NCBI GenBank assembly: GCA_013239625.1
Contig: MU053561.1
Span: 3,364,283-3,428,282, forward strand
Length of the DNA stretch: 64,000 bases
Direction: 5' to 3'
From: Lama guanicoe
Taxonomy: Eukaryota
Every line of letters starts with the position of its first letter. Positions within the stretch are counted from its first letter, which is position 1. Positions 1 through 12,520 of this stretch are shown here, piece by piece. The notes beneath the pieces are model-generated. The model saw only the letters and a list, made by a program, of their open reading frames with translations. It was not told the DNA's origin and did not search any database. A program made the translations under genes and the position numbers.

Positions 1-1272
1 ATGGGGGTCTTGTGAGCCATGGAAGGGAGCTTCAGGTGTTTTCTAAGACGGGTGGGAAGCTGTTGGAAGGATTGGAGCAGGGGAAACACATGATTTGATG
101 TGCATGCGAGAAAGGCCACTCCAGCTCTTGTGTGGGGAAGACTGGTGGGATCAGGTGGGGTGGTGAGAGTGGGTACAAGGAGACCGATTAGGAAATCCCT
201 GCAGAGTCTGGAAAGGAGCAAAGGTGACTTAGCCTAGGGTGGGGACAACTTGGAGGGTGTGGGGACTCATCCTTGGGCTATATTTAGAAGGCAGAGCTAA
301 GAGGGTCTGCTGGTGGATTGAAGGTGTAGGGTGATGGAAGGAGGGTATGAAGAACAACTTCGGGGTTTCTGGCTGAAGCCAATGGTTGAATCATGATTCC
401 ATTTATGGAGGTGAGGGCAGGTTTGAGAGGGGAAATCGGGAGTTCAGTTTGGGGCATAATACATTTGAGCACATCATTTTCCCTCGTCTCTTTTGGCCTC
501 TCCCTTCTCAGCTGTAAAGCAAAGGAGATGCCCACGAGATACTCAGGATCTTTCTGTGGCCATTAGGGTTCTTTCTCTTAATTCTTCCACATTCCCGTGT
601 CTTTTAAACCCACCGATACACTTCAAATTCAGAAAAAAGAAGTGACAGGATTCTTCTAATTCTTTTTTGGGGAGAGAAAGGGAGAGAGAGAAAGGGAAGA
701 AACAAAAGCAAGTCCCCATCTCCCATAAGGGGTCCCACCCACACTGATGTCCTGACACCAGGAAAGAGGAAACAGGGTGGAGGGTGAGCGCACTGAGTCA
801 GAGCAGAGGGCACAGATAGAATCCCCAAAAAAGTATGCCTGGCCACAGTCTGACTTAGACTTCATTTCTTACATTTCTTAGGTTTGTATTTGAGAAACTT
901 CAAGGATTTCTGAAAGGAAAAGCATTTTAGACTTTCAATTACAAACTACCTCAAAGTTTGTGATTTGCACCCCAACAGTCATTCAACCTGTCTGAACCTC
1001 AGTTTCCTTTACTCTAAAGGTAAAGACCTCTACTATCTCTTCAAGCTAGAAAATTCTGTGATTCAAATGTTTTTAAGGGAAGAAAGAAAGAAAGAAAAAA
1101 AACCCCTAATGCATAGTCAAAGAAACTTGAGACTTGAATGGTCAACTTTTGAAAAAGTTTTGCAAATGTTTTTATTATTTATTGGGTATTTACTATGTGC
1201 CTGGGGTTGTAAAGATACAACCTTGAAAATACAAGTAAAAGTCCCTTCCTTATGGAGCTTTCACTCTGGTGG

Positions 1273-1366
<94 letters not shown>

Positions 1367-2230
1367 ACAGATAGTTAAATAGAGTATCCAGGTGGTGTCA
1401 AGTGCTATGGAGAGAAATAAAGCAGAGAAGGAGTGTAGAACATGTCAGGACTGGGTGAGGAGGGGATGGGGACCAGTGATACAATTTTATACAAAGACAT
1501 TAGGGAAGGTCTCCAGACAGAGGGAAGTGAGTATAAAGTTTCTCAGGTGGAGTCATGCTTAGAGTGTTCTAGGAAGGACAAGGAAGGAAGCAGTGTGACT
1601 GGAGATAAGTGTGAGAAAGGGGAAAGGGAGGGGAAGATAGATTTAGAGAGGAGGGGGCTCCGGCTCATCCAGGGCCTTTGGGTGTTAGTGTGAGTGAGAT
1701 GGGATATGACTGCAGGACTGGGAGCTGAGGACTGACCTGGAAAAGCAGAGTATGAGCTTGAGGCGTTTTCGATAAGGATTACGTGACTCTGCCCTTTGGG
1801 GGCAGGGGCGACACTTGTTAGGGTGGAACGGCCTGTGGAACGTCAGCTGGAGGCGTTCCGCAGGGATGAGCTGCAGTTCCCAGGGAGGGCCTGGCTGGAG
1901 CTATGCACTGGGACATCCTGGGATTGTAGGTGGGATCTGGAGCCACAGAAGTGGGTAAAATGGCTTAGGCTGCATGTGTAGAGTCTGAAGAGAAGAGGGC
2001 CCAGGGCTGAGCCCTCGAGGGAGGAGTGGCAGCATTTAGGGGTGGGCAGAGAAGGAGCCAGAAGGGAGATGAGAAAGGAGCAGAGTGAGAAGCAAGAGAG
2101 GGGCGTCACAGGAAGCTAGAGAAGATGGGACAGGAGGAGAGGTGGACTGGGCTGAAGCTGCGCAAGATGAGGACTGAGAAGTGGCACCGGATTTGGCGTG
2201 TAGGGCTGGGCAGGAGCCTCAGCTGAGCTG
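1..2230 (-). mobile_element. L2 LINE fragments (about 1-470 and 1170-2230)
   Basis: Typical antisense L2 motifs: TTTATTGGGTATTTACTATGTGCC, CCTTATGGAGCTT, GGAGTTCAGTTTGGGGCAT. Confidence 0.7.
1273..1372 (+). repeat. Compound microsatellite (AGAT)12(AGAC)4(AGGC)7
   Basis: Read directly from the sequence. Confidence 0.98.
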
Positions 2231-2774
2231 ATGTTTGAAGGAAGTTTCCAGCTGGCTTGGGCTGGGCTCTGTAGCTAGTTGTACAGCAGATTAGGTGTTC
2301 CGATGACCCTCCCAACTAAGAGAGCTCAAATGCTGGGTTAAATATATGTATCTTAAAAGCTTTATCAATGGTTCCCTGAGATAGAATGAAAGCAATAAAT
2401 CCACAGACTCCAATAATGAAGTTAAACTAGGAACCCTGGCGGATGAGTGAACAAAGATCGCTTTTACCTAAGGGTATGCTGCCTCCTGGAGCCCCGGGCC
2501 TTCCACTGGCTGCTGTGCAAGTCTAGGGGATGGATGAGATCATGATCATGAAATAATACCATGGAGCAAAGCCTAGTGGTATTCTCCTGCATACATCTGG
2601 AGCTCAGAAGGCTATATCCTCAGAATAAAAGTGAATAAGAATAAATTCGCCATGAAGAAGGCAATTAGCTTGGCTTGACCTTGGCTCTGGGTGGAGAAAA
2701 ACAATCCTCCCAGGATTTGCAACCATAAGCAAGCCTCAAATGTTTCCTTTTTTCAGTTTTAGTGGGGTTTTTTT

Positions 2775-2890
2775 GGGGGGGGGCAGTAGGTTTACTTATT
2801 TATTTATTTTAATGGGGATTCTGGGGATTGAACCCAGAACCTCCTGCATGTGAAGCATGCGCTCTACCACTTGAGCTATGTCCTCCCCCC
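2775..2890 (-). mobile_element. tRNA-Ala-derived SINE (camelid vic-1-like)
   Basis: Reverse complement has TAGCTCAAGTGGTAGAGCG (A box), GGTTCAATCC (B box) and the tail ATAAATAAGTAAACCTA. Confidence 0.8.
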
Positions 2891-2899
2891 ACAGCCTCA

Positions 2900-5800
2900 G
2901 ATATTTTCTGTCCGAATTCATCTGTCTGTTGGCTTGAAAAATCTCAAGCATTTAAATTTAATTTAAATGGTTTTGGTTTGGCAATGCTCTCAGATAACCA
3001 GCAGAATGTAAAAAACATCCTTTCTAGGTACCTCAAACAACTTCAATCCAGACCTCGAAAAATTCTCATGGACAAAGTTTCAAGCAAAAACGAACAGTTC
3101 ACCTTAAAAATTTACAAAACATACAAGGAAACAAGCTCTATGACTGACAATCAGTAGAAAATAAACAAAAAAATAGACAGCAAAAACAACCAAAGATTTT
3201 GGATATTTGCATTTCAGATGGAGAATATAAAATAATTGTGTTTAGTAAGCTTAAACAAGAAGAGAGGCTTAACAACATGAGCAGGAATAAGAGACTTTAA
3301 AGAATGAACAGGCAGGTGTGAGAAATAACCAAATACTGAAAATGAGGACCATAACACTAAAAATGTATGACTCAGCGGATGGATTAAACACCAGAGAAGA
3401 TGCAGCTGAAGAGAGAATTAGTCAACTAGCAGATAGAGCCAAAGAAATGATTGAGAATGCCATTCGGAGTGATAAAGATATGCAAATTATGAAAGTTAAA
3501 AGGCCAGAGGGTAGCATGATAGAATCTACCTTGAAATTGGATTTCCTTCTAGAATGGAATAGGGAGAGAATGGGAAAGAGGCAACATTCAGTGTTAAATG
3601 CTGATAATTTTTCCAAAATACTGGAGATAATTCGTTGGATTTAGGAAGCCTAACAAATCCAAAGAAAAAGAGAGACGGGAGGGGAGAAGGGAGAGAGAGA
3701 GAAAAGAAGAGGAAGGAGAAGGAGGAGGGGAAGGAGGACGGAGAGGGGGAAGAGAAGAAATGAAAAGCAGCAGGGGAGAGAAGGCAGCCACTCCACAAAG
3801 AAACACAAATTGTCTACAACAGCCTGACAAAGACTGACTTGTAAACAGCAACCATGAAGCCAGACGAGAGTGGAAAATATCTTCAACCTGCTGAGAAAAA
3901 CGGTGGGAACCTAAAACTGAACACTCAGAGGGACTCTCAAGAATGAAGGTGAAGGAGGACAGTTTTGGACAAATAAAGACAGAGAGCTGACCCTTGAGTC
4001 CTCTCACGACAGCACATGCTGGAGCATGCAGTCCAGGCGGAAGCAAAATGATCCCCGCCTGGAAGTTTGAGATTCAGAAGAAATGGCGAGTAAACAGAGT
4101 GGCAGGTATGTGAGTAAAATAAGAAAAGAATAATTATTATTTACAAAATAGAATACTTATATAATATTATAAAATTATAATGTAACACTTAAAACAAATA
4201 TCTATAATACATATTTATAAAATATTATTTATAAAATAATAATAAAATACCCATTTATATATGTGTTTGTATGTGGGGGGTGGGAGGATGGCAGACAGGC
4301 CAGAAGCAAAATCCTGGGTTACAGCAGTAGGTACCATGGGAGGGGGCCCGGCAGCAGCCAAGCCTATCTTGCTAGAAAGGAGGGTAAAGGTGTTGTTGAC
4401 TTTTAACTCTAGAATTTAGTCTATATGTATAAATAGCCTTGGCAACTATTAAAAGGACAGAGATGGGATATGAGCCTTCCAAACTAGTAAGGGGGAAAAA
4501 GGATGAAAAAAAAGAAAAAGAAAAAAAACATTACTTTTTTAGAGGGTAAAAGGAAGGCAGAGGAAGAAATGGGTCAAGTAGAAAGTGTATAACAAGAGCT
4601 AAGCAAATAAATCCAAATGCATTATTCATCAGAACAGATGTAAATGGACTAAGCATTAGAAGTGAAGCCCTCAACTGTCAGATGGGATTTTTTAGAAAAT
4701 CAGTTGTTTACAAGAGACTCTTATCAACCACATGGAGACATAGATAGACTGAAAGGTAAAGGATGGAAAAAGATATGTTAGGCAAGAGGTAACCAGCACA
4801 AAGCGGTGTCCCTGTATTAACACCAGACAAAAATCAATGTTTAGGCAAAATGTTTACAAGAGTTTTAAACAGGTCACCTTATAATGATAGCATCTTTAAA
4901 TAGAAAGACATAAAAATTCTAAACCTGTATGTCCCTAACAATATCATCTCAAAATATACTAAGTAAAAGTTTGACAGAATGATAAGGAGAAATGGAAAAA
5001 TCCACATTCATAATGGGAGATTTTAAAACAACTCTCTCAGTAAATGGTGGAAAATGCAGTCAAAAGGAAATCTGTGTTTCATGGAAAATTTGAGCAGTGT
5101 GTGATCTAACTGACATTTCTTGAACGTTGCATCTAAACTTGCATACCTTCTTTGTATGCACATAGAACAGTGCAGAAATGCTAGGTTAAAAAGCTGGCCT
5201 CAAGGGATATCAAAGGACTGAGGCTTTCAGACCACTTTTTTTTAACGAGGCAATTTAGCTAGAAATCAGTAACAAAAACATAACCAGGATACCCAATATA
5301 TATGAAATATATGTGAAATATATAAGAAACATACAAAAACAAGACTTTTTAAAAACTTCAAAGCACCTCGTGAGTCAAAGAGGAAGTCATGGTAGAAATT
5401 AGAAAATAAACAGAATTGAAAGAAGATAAAAACTTGTGAAATATACCAAAACTTGTAAAATTCCACTGACGTGGTATGAACAGGACGTTTAAGTAGTTTG
5501 AAAAGAAGAAAAGCTGAGAATTTCTGAGCTAAGCACTAATTTAGGAAGTTATAGAAAGAACATCAGAATAAAGCTAAGGAAAATAGGGGGATAGAGAGAG
5601 AGGAGCAGAAATTAACGAAACAGAAAGCAAGTCTGCAATGGATAGGATCAACAAAACTAATCTTCTTTGATGAGTCTCTGATTATCAAGAAAGATGTGCA
5701 CGGACGCATGAGTTTAAAATAGATAATAATAAAATATTATGAACAATTTGGTCAATAAATCTGAAAGCTTAGATAACACAGATACATTTCTAGTAGAATA

Positions 5801-6925
5801 CAAATTGACAACACTGGCTCAAGAAGAAATTGAAAACCTGAATATCCTTTAATCCCTAAAAGAAAATAAATGAATAGTCTAAGATCTTCTGTGAAAGAAA
5901 ACACAAGACCCGCCTGGCTTCTTAGATCAGTTTTACCAAACTTTCAAGAATAATTTATGCTTGAAATGGAATAGAATAGAACAAATAGAGGGCACTTCCT
6001 AACTCTGGTGGAAGGCGTGACTGTAAAACTTTAGAGAACAAAATAGGAAAAGTTTCTTAAACCAGACACAAAATGTGCTCCATTATAATCGAGAAAGCCA
6101 CTGAGAATTCACCAACAGTAAAAGGAAGAATTTAGATCACTGTTATTCCTTCAGAAAATATGAAGACATTATCTCATACATTTAAACATACATTTATTCC
6201 TTGAAACTTCACTGTTATGTGTAGACCCTTAAAAGACCTGAGTGCATCAGAAGACATGTATAAAAAAACTGCATAAAAACAGTTCAGATCACTGAAGCTA
6301 GAAACAACCCAAATGCCCAACAACTGCAGTAACATAAATATATAAACTGGTATAATCTTACACTGGAATAGTGTAAAGCAGCTAAAAGGAACACACCACA
6401 GCTGCCCAGGGGAGAGTCTCAAAAGCACACTGTGGACATAAGAAGCAAATCGCAGAAGGCTTCATTCAGTTTGGCTCCATTTACGTAAAACTTAAAACCA
6501 GACAAAATGAAAAAGACATCAGGATGGATGCGGGCCATTATTTTGTTGATTCTAAAATACACTTGTTCACCTTTTAATTCTCTAAAATAAGGATGCATCT
6601 TATAAGCAGTTGTGTGTTGTCATCAGCCTTAACAGCACTTTCTTTCTTAGACATGAAATACTGATGCACCTCACAATTGCTGGAGGCTTAGGTTCAGTGA
6701 GTTATGGCAGGTGGTAACACTACAGAAAAACAGCAGGATGACTCAGAACATTTGGCATCATGATTATCTATGTCAGGGAGGGAGGGGGCGAGGGAATGGA
6801 AGGGGCACCTAGGAGAATTCTGTTTTTTCACCCAGATAGTGAGTATATTGGTATTTGTTTTATTATAATTCTTGAAACAGTGTAGACTCTCACATGTATG
6901 AGACTTTTTACAATAAAAGAAGTGT
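2900..6925 (+). mobile_element. Old decayed L1 (ORF1, ORF2 and 3' remnants; L1M/L1ME-like)
   Basis: ORF 3318..3644 resembles the ORF1p coiled coil (DGLNTREDAAEERISQLADR); endonuclease-like segments at 4620-5100; A-rich strand bias. Confidence 0.75.
6535..6707. mobile_element. Short TcMar-type DNA transposon (MER104-like) nested in the L1 3' end
   Basis: TTGATTCTAAAATACAC...GGATGCATCTTA...GGCTTAGGTTCAGTGAGTTATGG resembles the MER104 consensus as I recall it. Confidence 0.45.
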
Positions 6926-7379
6926 GAGGAAGTAAGGATGTATGTAGTAACTCGGGAAGCCAGAGAGAGAAAGGGGAGAGAGAGGCACGTGGTGGTGGGG
7001 GAAGCTGTGGAGGGTGCTACAGGAAGACAGCCGGAGAGCCTGGGAGGCACCAGCCCATCGCACATGGAAAAATCAGGAGAGACGCTTCCTCTATTGCAGC
7101 AAGAGAGACAAAGGAAAAGATGGGTTTGTGGAATAGCTGGTGGAATTTTGTGCAGGTTTTCCTTGTGATGGTTTCCAAGTCCTTTACGAAGGATTTATCT
7201 GTGCAGTGGGGGTAGTTGGCAGAAATGGCAGAGGTGGACCAGTGGACGTGAGGAGCAGACCTCTAAAACGCTGGACGTGTATTCAATGGCGTGCCAGGTG
7301 TAAATGAAGAGCTTTTTACATCCAGTATTCTGTCCATCCCCCCCCATCAAAGTGGTGAGGTATATAATCACATAGGAGC

Positions 7380-7758
7380 CACTAGCTTCCCAGGCTCACC
7401 ATAACAAGATACCACAGACAGCACAACCCAAACAACAGAAAATGATTTTCTCAAGATTCTGGAGGCTGGAAGCCCAAGATCAAGGTGCTGGCAATGCTGG
7501 TTTCTCCTGAGTCCTCATCTTGGTTTGCAGGTGGCCTTCTTTCCTCTGCACGCCTGCTCATGGTGTCTCTTCCCCTTCTAAACATCAGCCCTGTTGGATT
7601 AGGACTCTATCCTCTGGCCTCATTTTAACTTCATTACTCCTTTAAATGCCCCAGCTCCAAATACAGTCACATTCTGAGGTACTGGGGGTTCCAAGTTCAA
7701 CACCTGAACTTGGGGGCGAGGGTAGGGGGTGGAGTGGGACACAATTCAGCCCATAACA
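7380..7758 (-). mobile_element. MaLR solo LTR (MLT1-type)
   Basis: Reverse complement starts TGTTATGGGCTGAATTGTGTCCC; contains TTCTGGAGGCTGGAAGCCCAAGATCAAGGTG. Confidence 0.85.
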
Positions 7759-8068
7759 ATGCCCATAAAGAAATGGAGACTCAGATTGAACAACCTGCCA
7801 AGGGCATGCAGTTACCTTGTCAGAGCTGGGATGCAAATACAAGCAGATCAGTCTCAGCATCTGAATGCCCATCATTCCACTAAAAAACAGTCCTGGGTCT
7901 AGAAGAATGGAAATGAATGGAAAGGGCTTTTGGAGAATTAAAAAAAAAAAAAAAAAGCTGACCCAAATAAAGGAGTAATATTATCAGACTTTTCAGAGCT
8001 GTGCAGTCAGTCCCAGGAAACAGAATAGATGGACTATCCTCTCATAGACTCCCTTTTTAAATATGAGG

Positions 8069-8074
8069 TTTAAT
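8069..8074 (-). terminator. Candidate poly(A) signal ATTAAA for MAB21L3 (3' UTR about 2.2 kb)
   Basis: First A(A/T)TAAA hexamer I found on the minus strand downstream of the stop; followed by a UGUUU element and a T-run (7940-7956). Confidence 0.3.
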
Positions 8075-8989
8075 CAGAAAGACTGTAATTTTGGCCAAAA
8101 TGGCAGGAAAGGCCAACAATTTAGCATCAGTTGAAATCCTGTCCCCTATCCCTTTTTAGAAGCCAGATGCAACTTATGGGCTGGAGAGGGTGACACCTGC
8201 TGGGCTCTGGGGAGTATGGGTGGGAACCCGGCTCTTTTCATATGCAGTCCCCTGCTGTCCTCTGCTGGCCAGCTTTAGGAATGCCCAGGAATCTGCCGAA
8301 AGCCCCACTTCCTTCAAAACACACAAATCTATAGGGAAACGAGGCAAGAATCTCCTGGAATCAGACCGTGGAGTGTATCAGTCCCACTCCCTTCCATACA
8401 CATACACACATTTCAAACCAACGGTACAGGCAATCAGCTTTCACTTTGTCGCATTCTGTGCCTGTGCAGCTGTTTTAAAACTTGCTTCCAGTGGTTTCAT
8501 CACTAAAAGAACACATCTGCTGCCTTCCCAAAAACTATATTTCCCAAGATCCAGGAACATGAGAATTTGAATGCAGGTTTTGACGACCCAACAAAATACT
8601 GGTTTGCTCATCATTTCATGCTTTCAAAAATTATAAACTTACTGTAGGTTTGTTCAACTTTTTAAAACCATGATTTCCTAGCTGGTAGTCCAAAGACCCC
8701 ACCACTTGCTGACAGTATTTTTGTAAAAATAATTCTTTTCATTTTCAAATGTGATTTTAAAAAAATCAGCAGTTCATGTCTTTAGAAATTATATGTCTGG
8801 GGGAAATGTTCTAAGTAATTAGGGAGAAGCATATATAAGTGCCAGAAGAAACCACTGACCTCATGAGAACTCCCGGAGCTCCTGGTCAATGTGCTTCACA
8901 GGATGTGCGGCCTTGAGGACCGCAGCGAAATTCAAAACAGGTGGGCTCAAGGGCCGTCAGTGTCCCCATCCTCGCATGGGTCCCCAGAT

Positions 8990-9420
8990 CCCCTTTACAC
9001 AGTTGCTAGAATGGGCATTTAAAATGCACATCAAATCATAGCACCCTTCTGCCTCTGATGAGGTCAAATGTCACATCTTTGATTTCAGAGTAAAATACAA
9101 ATTCCTCACCAGCTTTACAAGGCCAAGTGACCTGACTCACGCCGGCCCCTCCAAGTCTGCCCTTGGCCCCCTTTCCTTCCCTTTCAGCTGTTTGCCTTTC
9201 ATCCTTCAGGGATCTCTCTGTGGCTCTGTTCCAATATTCTGCTCGAGCACGTGCTACAGTTTGTAACAATCATGTGTATTGGTCTGCTGTTCATTTCCTG
9301 TCTCTACCATGAGGCGTCATCCACCTCGGGTAAGTCCTTGTCCATCTTGCTCTTTGCTGCATCCCCAGGGCCTGACGCGCACACATGTTATCAGTGAATG
9401 AGTGAGTGAAGGAAGTGAGC
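8990..9420 (+). mobile_element. L2 3' fragment (within the predicted MAB21L3 3' UTR, antisense to the mRNA)
   Basis: CATCCCCAGGGCCTGAC...GTGAATGAGTGAGTG, an L2 3' terminus. Confidence 0.6.
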
Positions 9421-10287
9421 ACAGGAAGGAACTGAGAGGTGAGCAACACCAAAGTCACTCCCTGCAGATCACGTACCCAGTTCATTCCATAGACAGAAGG
9501 CGGTCCCATCCCTGGCCCACAGTGTGGGAAGCAAGGAAGGGCAGTCATGGGGTCACTGCAACTTCACCTTTGACTGACACCTCATCGGAACCATTCCTCC
9601 CTTCTTAGAGAACATCCGGGAAGCAGGGCCACAAGCCTGAACCCCCGTTTACGACTGGAGGGCCCCAGGGGCAACACAGGCATGTTAACCCCTCAGACGT
9701 AATCATCGAGCCAGTGGCGTAGGTACTGATGATGCAAACACCGGCCACTAAACCAATGGACATTTGTGTACATCCAGCGCTTTCCCCTTGAAAGGGCGGC
9801 AGCGCAGTCCCGGAGGCTCACAGCCCTGCTCTGAGGGCGGCACATTAACAATCCCATTTTACAAATGGAAAAGTAACGAGCCCATGGTCAGTGGGCTGGA
9901 GAACCATTCCTGGGCAGCAGGCGTGATGCCTGGCCTTCAGGGGTTCTGGTCTACATCCTCCCCGTCAGACAATCAGAGCCTGAGCAAGGGAAAATACATT
10001 CAGAACTGTCATCAGTTCAGAATCTGCAGCCTGGGGAGGCTTGGTGAGGGCCCCCCAAGAGAGGTAGCTCGTGGGGCCAGTAATGCTTGCTTGGCTCCAG
10101 GGAGGCCTGGGCCAGACGTCTCGGGGAACAGTCCTCCTCACCACCCCCCCGAAGTGCTACAGGTTGATGTAATTTCTTCTGCCGTCCCTTGCTTCTCTCC
10201 TGAGAAGGATGCTGGCCTTGGATCCACAGAGAGTGAGGTCAAGCCTGAATGCAGTGTCCACGAGCCTCCCAGGCAGGGAGGGCAGCC

Positions 10288-10521
10288 TCAAGGTAGGCTG
10301 ATCCGGGGGTCCTTCAGGAAGGAGGCCAGCTTCTGGGCCACGGCGTCCAGCTTGGCCGGGCTGGCGTACTGCAGGAGGTTGCCCTTGCGCACAAAGTAGT
10401 GCTTCAGGAAGTGCTGGCTCACGCACTTGTGCAGCTTCCTCACCAGGCGCAGGAACGCTTTGCTGAAGACCCGCCAGTCCTTCGGGTCGGGATACTTCTC
10501 GCAAGTCCAGAAGAGCACTGT
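10288..10521 (-). CDS. MAB21L3: MAB21L3 last coding exon (TVLFWTCEK...PRISLP*)
   Basis: Acceptor CTCTTCCTTCCACAG ending at 10522; TGA at 10288-10290; motif HYF..GNLL typical of the Mab-21/cGAS C-lobe. Confidence 0.97.
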   Translation of the reverse strand, partial: TVLFWTCEKYPDPKDWRVFSKAFLRLVRKLHKCVSQHFLKHYFVRKGNLLQYASPAKLDAVAQKLASFLKDPRISLP

Positions 10522-10970
10522 CTGTGGAAGGAAGAGGTGGTGTCAGACATCAATCCTTCGGGGCGACTGAGGAGAGTGTCTTCAGGAACGTGACTCAACT
10601 CACGTGGCCTCAGAAGCAGGAGGCAGGACCGCCCATGGCAAGCTGGTTCTGCCGTGGATTCACGATGCTCGACCTCAGGTGGGCCCTCAGCCTCATCCTG
10701 CGGGTCTCCTACGCCTCTTTGGTACTTTATTCTCTCTTCACGGGCATCTCCAATGATCACCACTCTCCTTAAATACTCAGTCCCCCATCCCCTGCAGATG
10801 CTTTGCCGGAAACCCGCATGCCCATGAACCAGCATCCTGCCTTCATCAGCATCTTCCTCTCTGCACCCTCCTAGCAGGCGCAAATCCCTCTGCAGGGCTG
10901 GGCTGTCCCCTTCCAGGATTTATTTATTCCAGTAAATGATTGATTTCCCTCTTTCTCACTGGCTTTTTAA

Positions 10971-11126
10971 AATTATTATTAATTATATTATTATTATTAT
11001 TATTATTTTGAGGGGGCAGGAAGTAATTAGGTTTACTCATTTGATTTTAGAGGAGGTACTGGGGATTGGACCCAGGACCTTGTGCATGCTAAGCATGTGC
11101 TTTACCACATGAGCTATACCCTCCCC
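10971..11126 (-). mobile_element. vic-1-like SINE with (TAA)n tail
   Basis: Reverse complement GGGTATAGCTCA...GCTTAGCATGCACAAGGTCCTGGG...AGTACCTCC followed by AAACCTAATTAC tail. Confidence 0.85.
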
Positions 11127-11129
11127 TTC

Positions 11130-12520
11130 TCACTGGCTTTTATATCTGTTCAAGTTTTCCTGCCCCTGCAATCTCACTTCTCCCTCCTGCAAATCCAGAG
11201 GTGCACTCTCACCTCTCTGCAAATCCAGGTTTCTACAAAGAATCATCTCAATAATTTGTCATCATTTCCTTTCCTCCGATTCCCTGCCTTAATCCACCCC
11301 ATCAGTCCTCAAAAGCTGCTCTCTTTAAGGTCCAATGATCCTCCTGTTGCTAAATCCAACAGGCCTCTTCCAGGCTCCACCCTACCTGACCTTTCAGCAG
11401 AATGTGGTTCTCTCCTCTGCACTCTCCCTCTTGAGCCATCCTCCACTTGGTTTCCAAGCCATCATACTCTCTGGGTTTCTCTGAGCAGTACAGCTACTCC
11501 TTGGCTTGCTCACCCTCCTTCACCTGCCCTGGTGTTGGAGTTTTGGGGGCTCAGTTGCACGCCCTCGTCTCCTCTTACTCATCTTCTTTCCACAAAGGAG
11601 GATTTAATCCCCACCACATATAGATGAGCTGCCATTTCGTCCCTCTAGTTCTCACTTCTCCTCTGAGCCCCTTACCTGCTCTCTCTCGGCACTCTGAAAG
11701 TTACCTCAGTCAACATGTCCAAACTGAACTCGTGGCCCTCCCCCACACACCTTATGTGCTTCCAGAGTTGCCTTTCCAGCTCCTTGTGCAAGACACAAAC
11801 CTAGGAGTCATCCCCTTCCCTCACCACCTCTGATCAAGTCCTGCCAATCCTCCTGCCAACGTATTTCTCAAATCCACCCACTTCTTCTCAGGGCCGACAT
11901 CATCACCCTCTTCCACGCCGTCTCACCTGGACCTCTGCCCCAGCCATCCACTCACTCTGCCCCAAGATGTCGCCATCCTATCTCGCCATCCACACTGCAG
12001 CCAATGTGATCTTTCTGAAATATCAATCAGCCTATGTTTCTTCTTGTCTAAAATACTTCCTGGTGTTTGTTAATTAAAAACACAATCCTGAGCATGGCTT
12101 GGTTTACAAGGTCTGGTCCCTCCCTTCCTTGCCAGCCTCACTTTGCCCTAGGTTGTCCCTCATTCTCCCCTTCTGGCCACACTGGCTTCGTTTCATGTTG
12201 TCTTCCATCCCAGGACCCTTCGCATCTTACTTCTTCTGTACGGAGCATACTTCCTCCCCCGACCTGTCCAGGAAACTCATCCATCAGAGCAGAGCTCCCA
12301 ATGACACCCTTTAACATTCCCTTTGTCACATCCTTCTCATAAGCAGCAGTGGCAATAGCAGCCGTCATTTTCCCACGTGGTTGTGCCATCCCCTACTATC
12401 CGGTGGACTCCACGTGAGCAGGGGACTGTGCCTGTTTTATTCCCCGTGACGTCACTAACTTCAAGCAGAGGGACTGGCCCGCGGGAGGCAGTCAACAAAC
12501 GCTGACTGACTCAGTGAAAT
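11130..12520 (+). mobile_element. L2 LINE fragment
   Basis: Pyrimidine-rich L2 motifs: CAACATGTCCAAACTGAACTC, AACCTAGGAGTCATCC, CCACACTGCAGCCA. Confidence 0.75.

Noticed and set aside
477..512. Strong plus-strand polypyrimidine tract plus CAG, acceptor-like
   Set aside because: No convincing downstream donor or coding frame; cannot be supported without transcript data.
3660..3790. Purine-rich GA tract (also 14761-14860) giving Ser/Pro/Leu-rich ORFs
   Set aside because: Low-complexity sequence; the ORFs are compositional artefacts.
9764..10399. 211-aa plus-strand ORF antisense to the last exon and 3' UTR
   Set aside because: Starts at TTG, no recognisable domain; explained by GC-rich sequence and the antisense shadow of the real exon.
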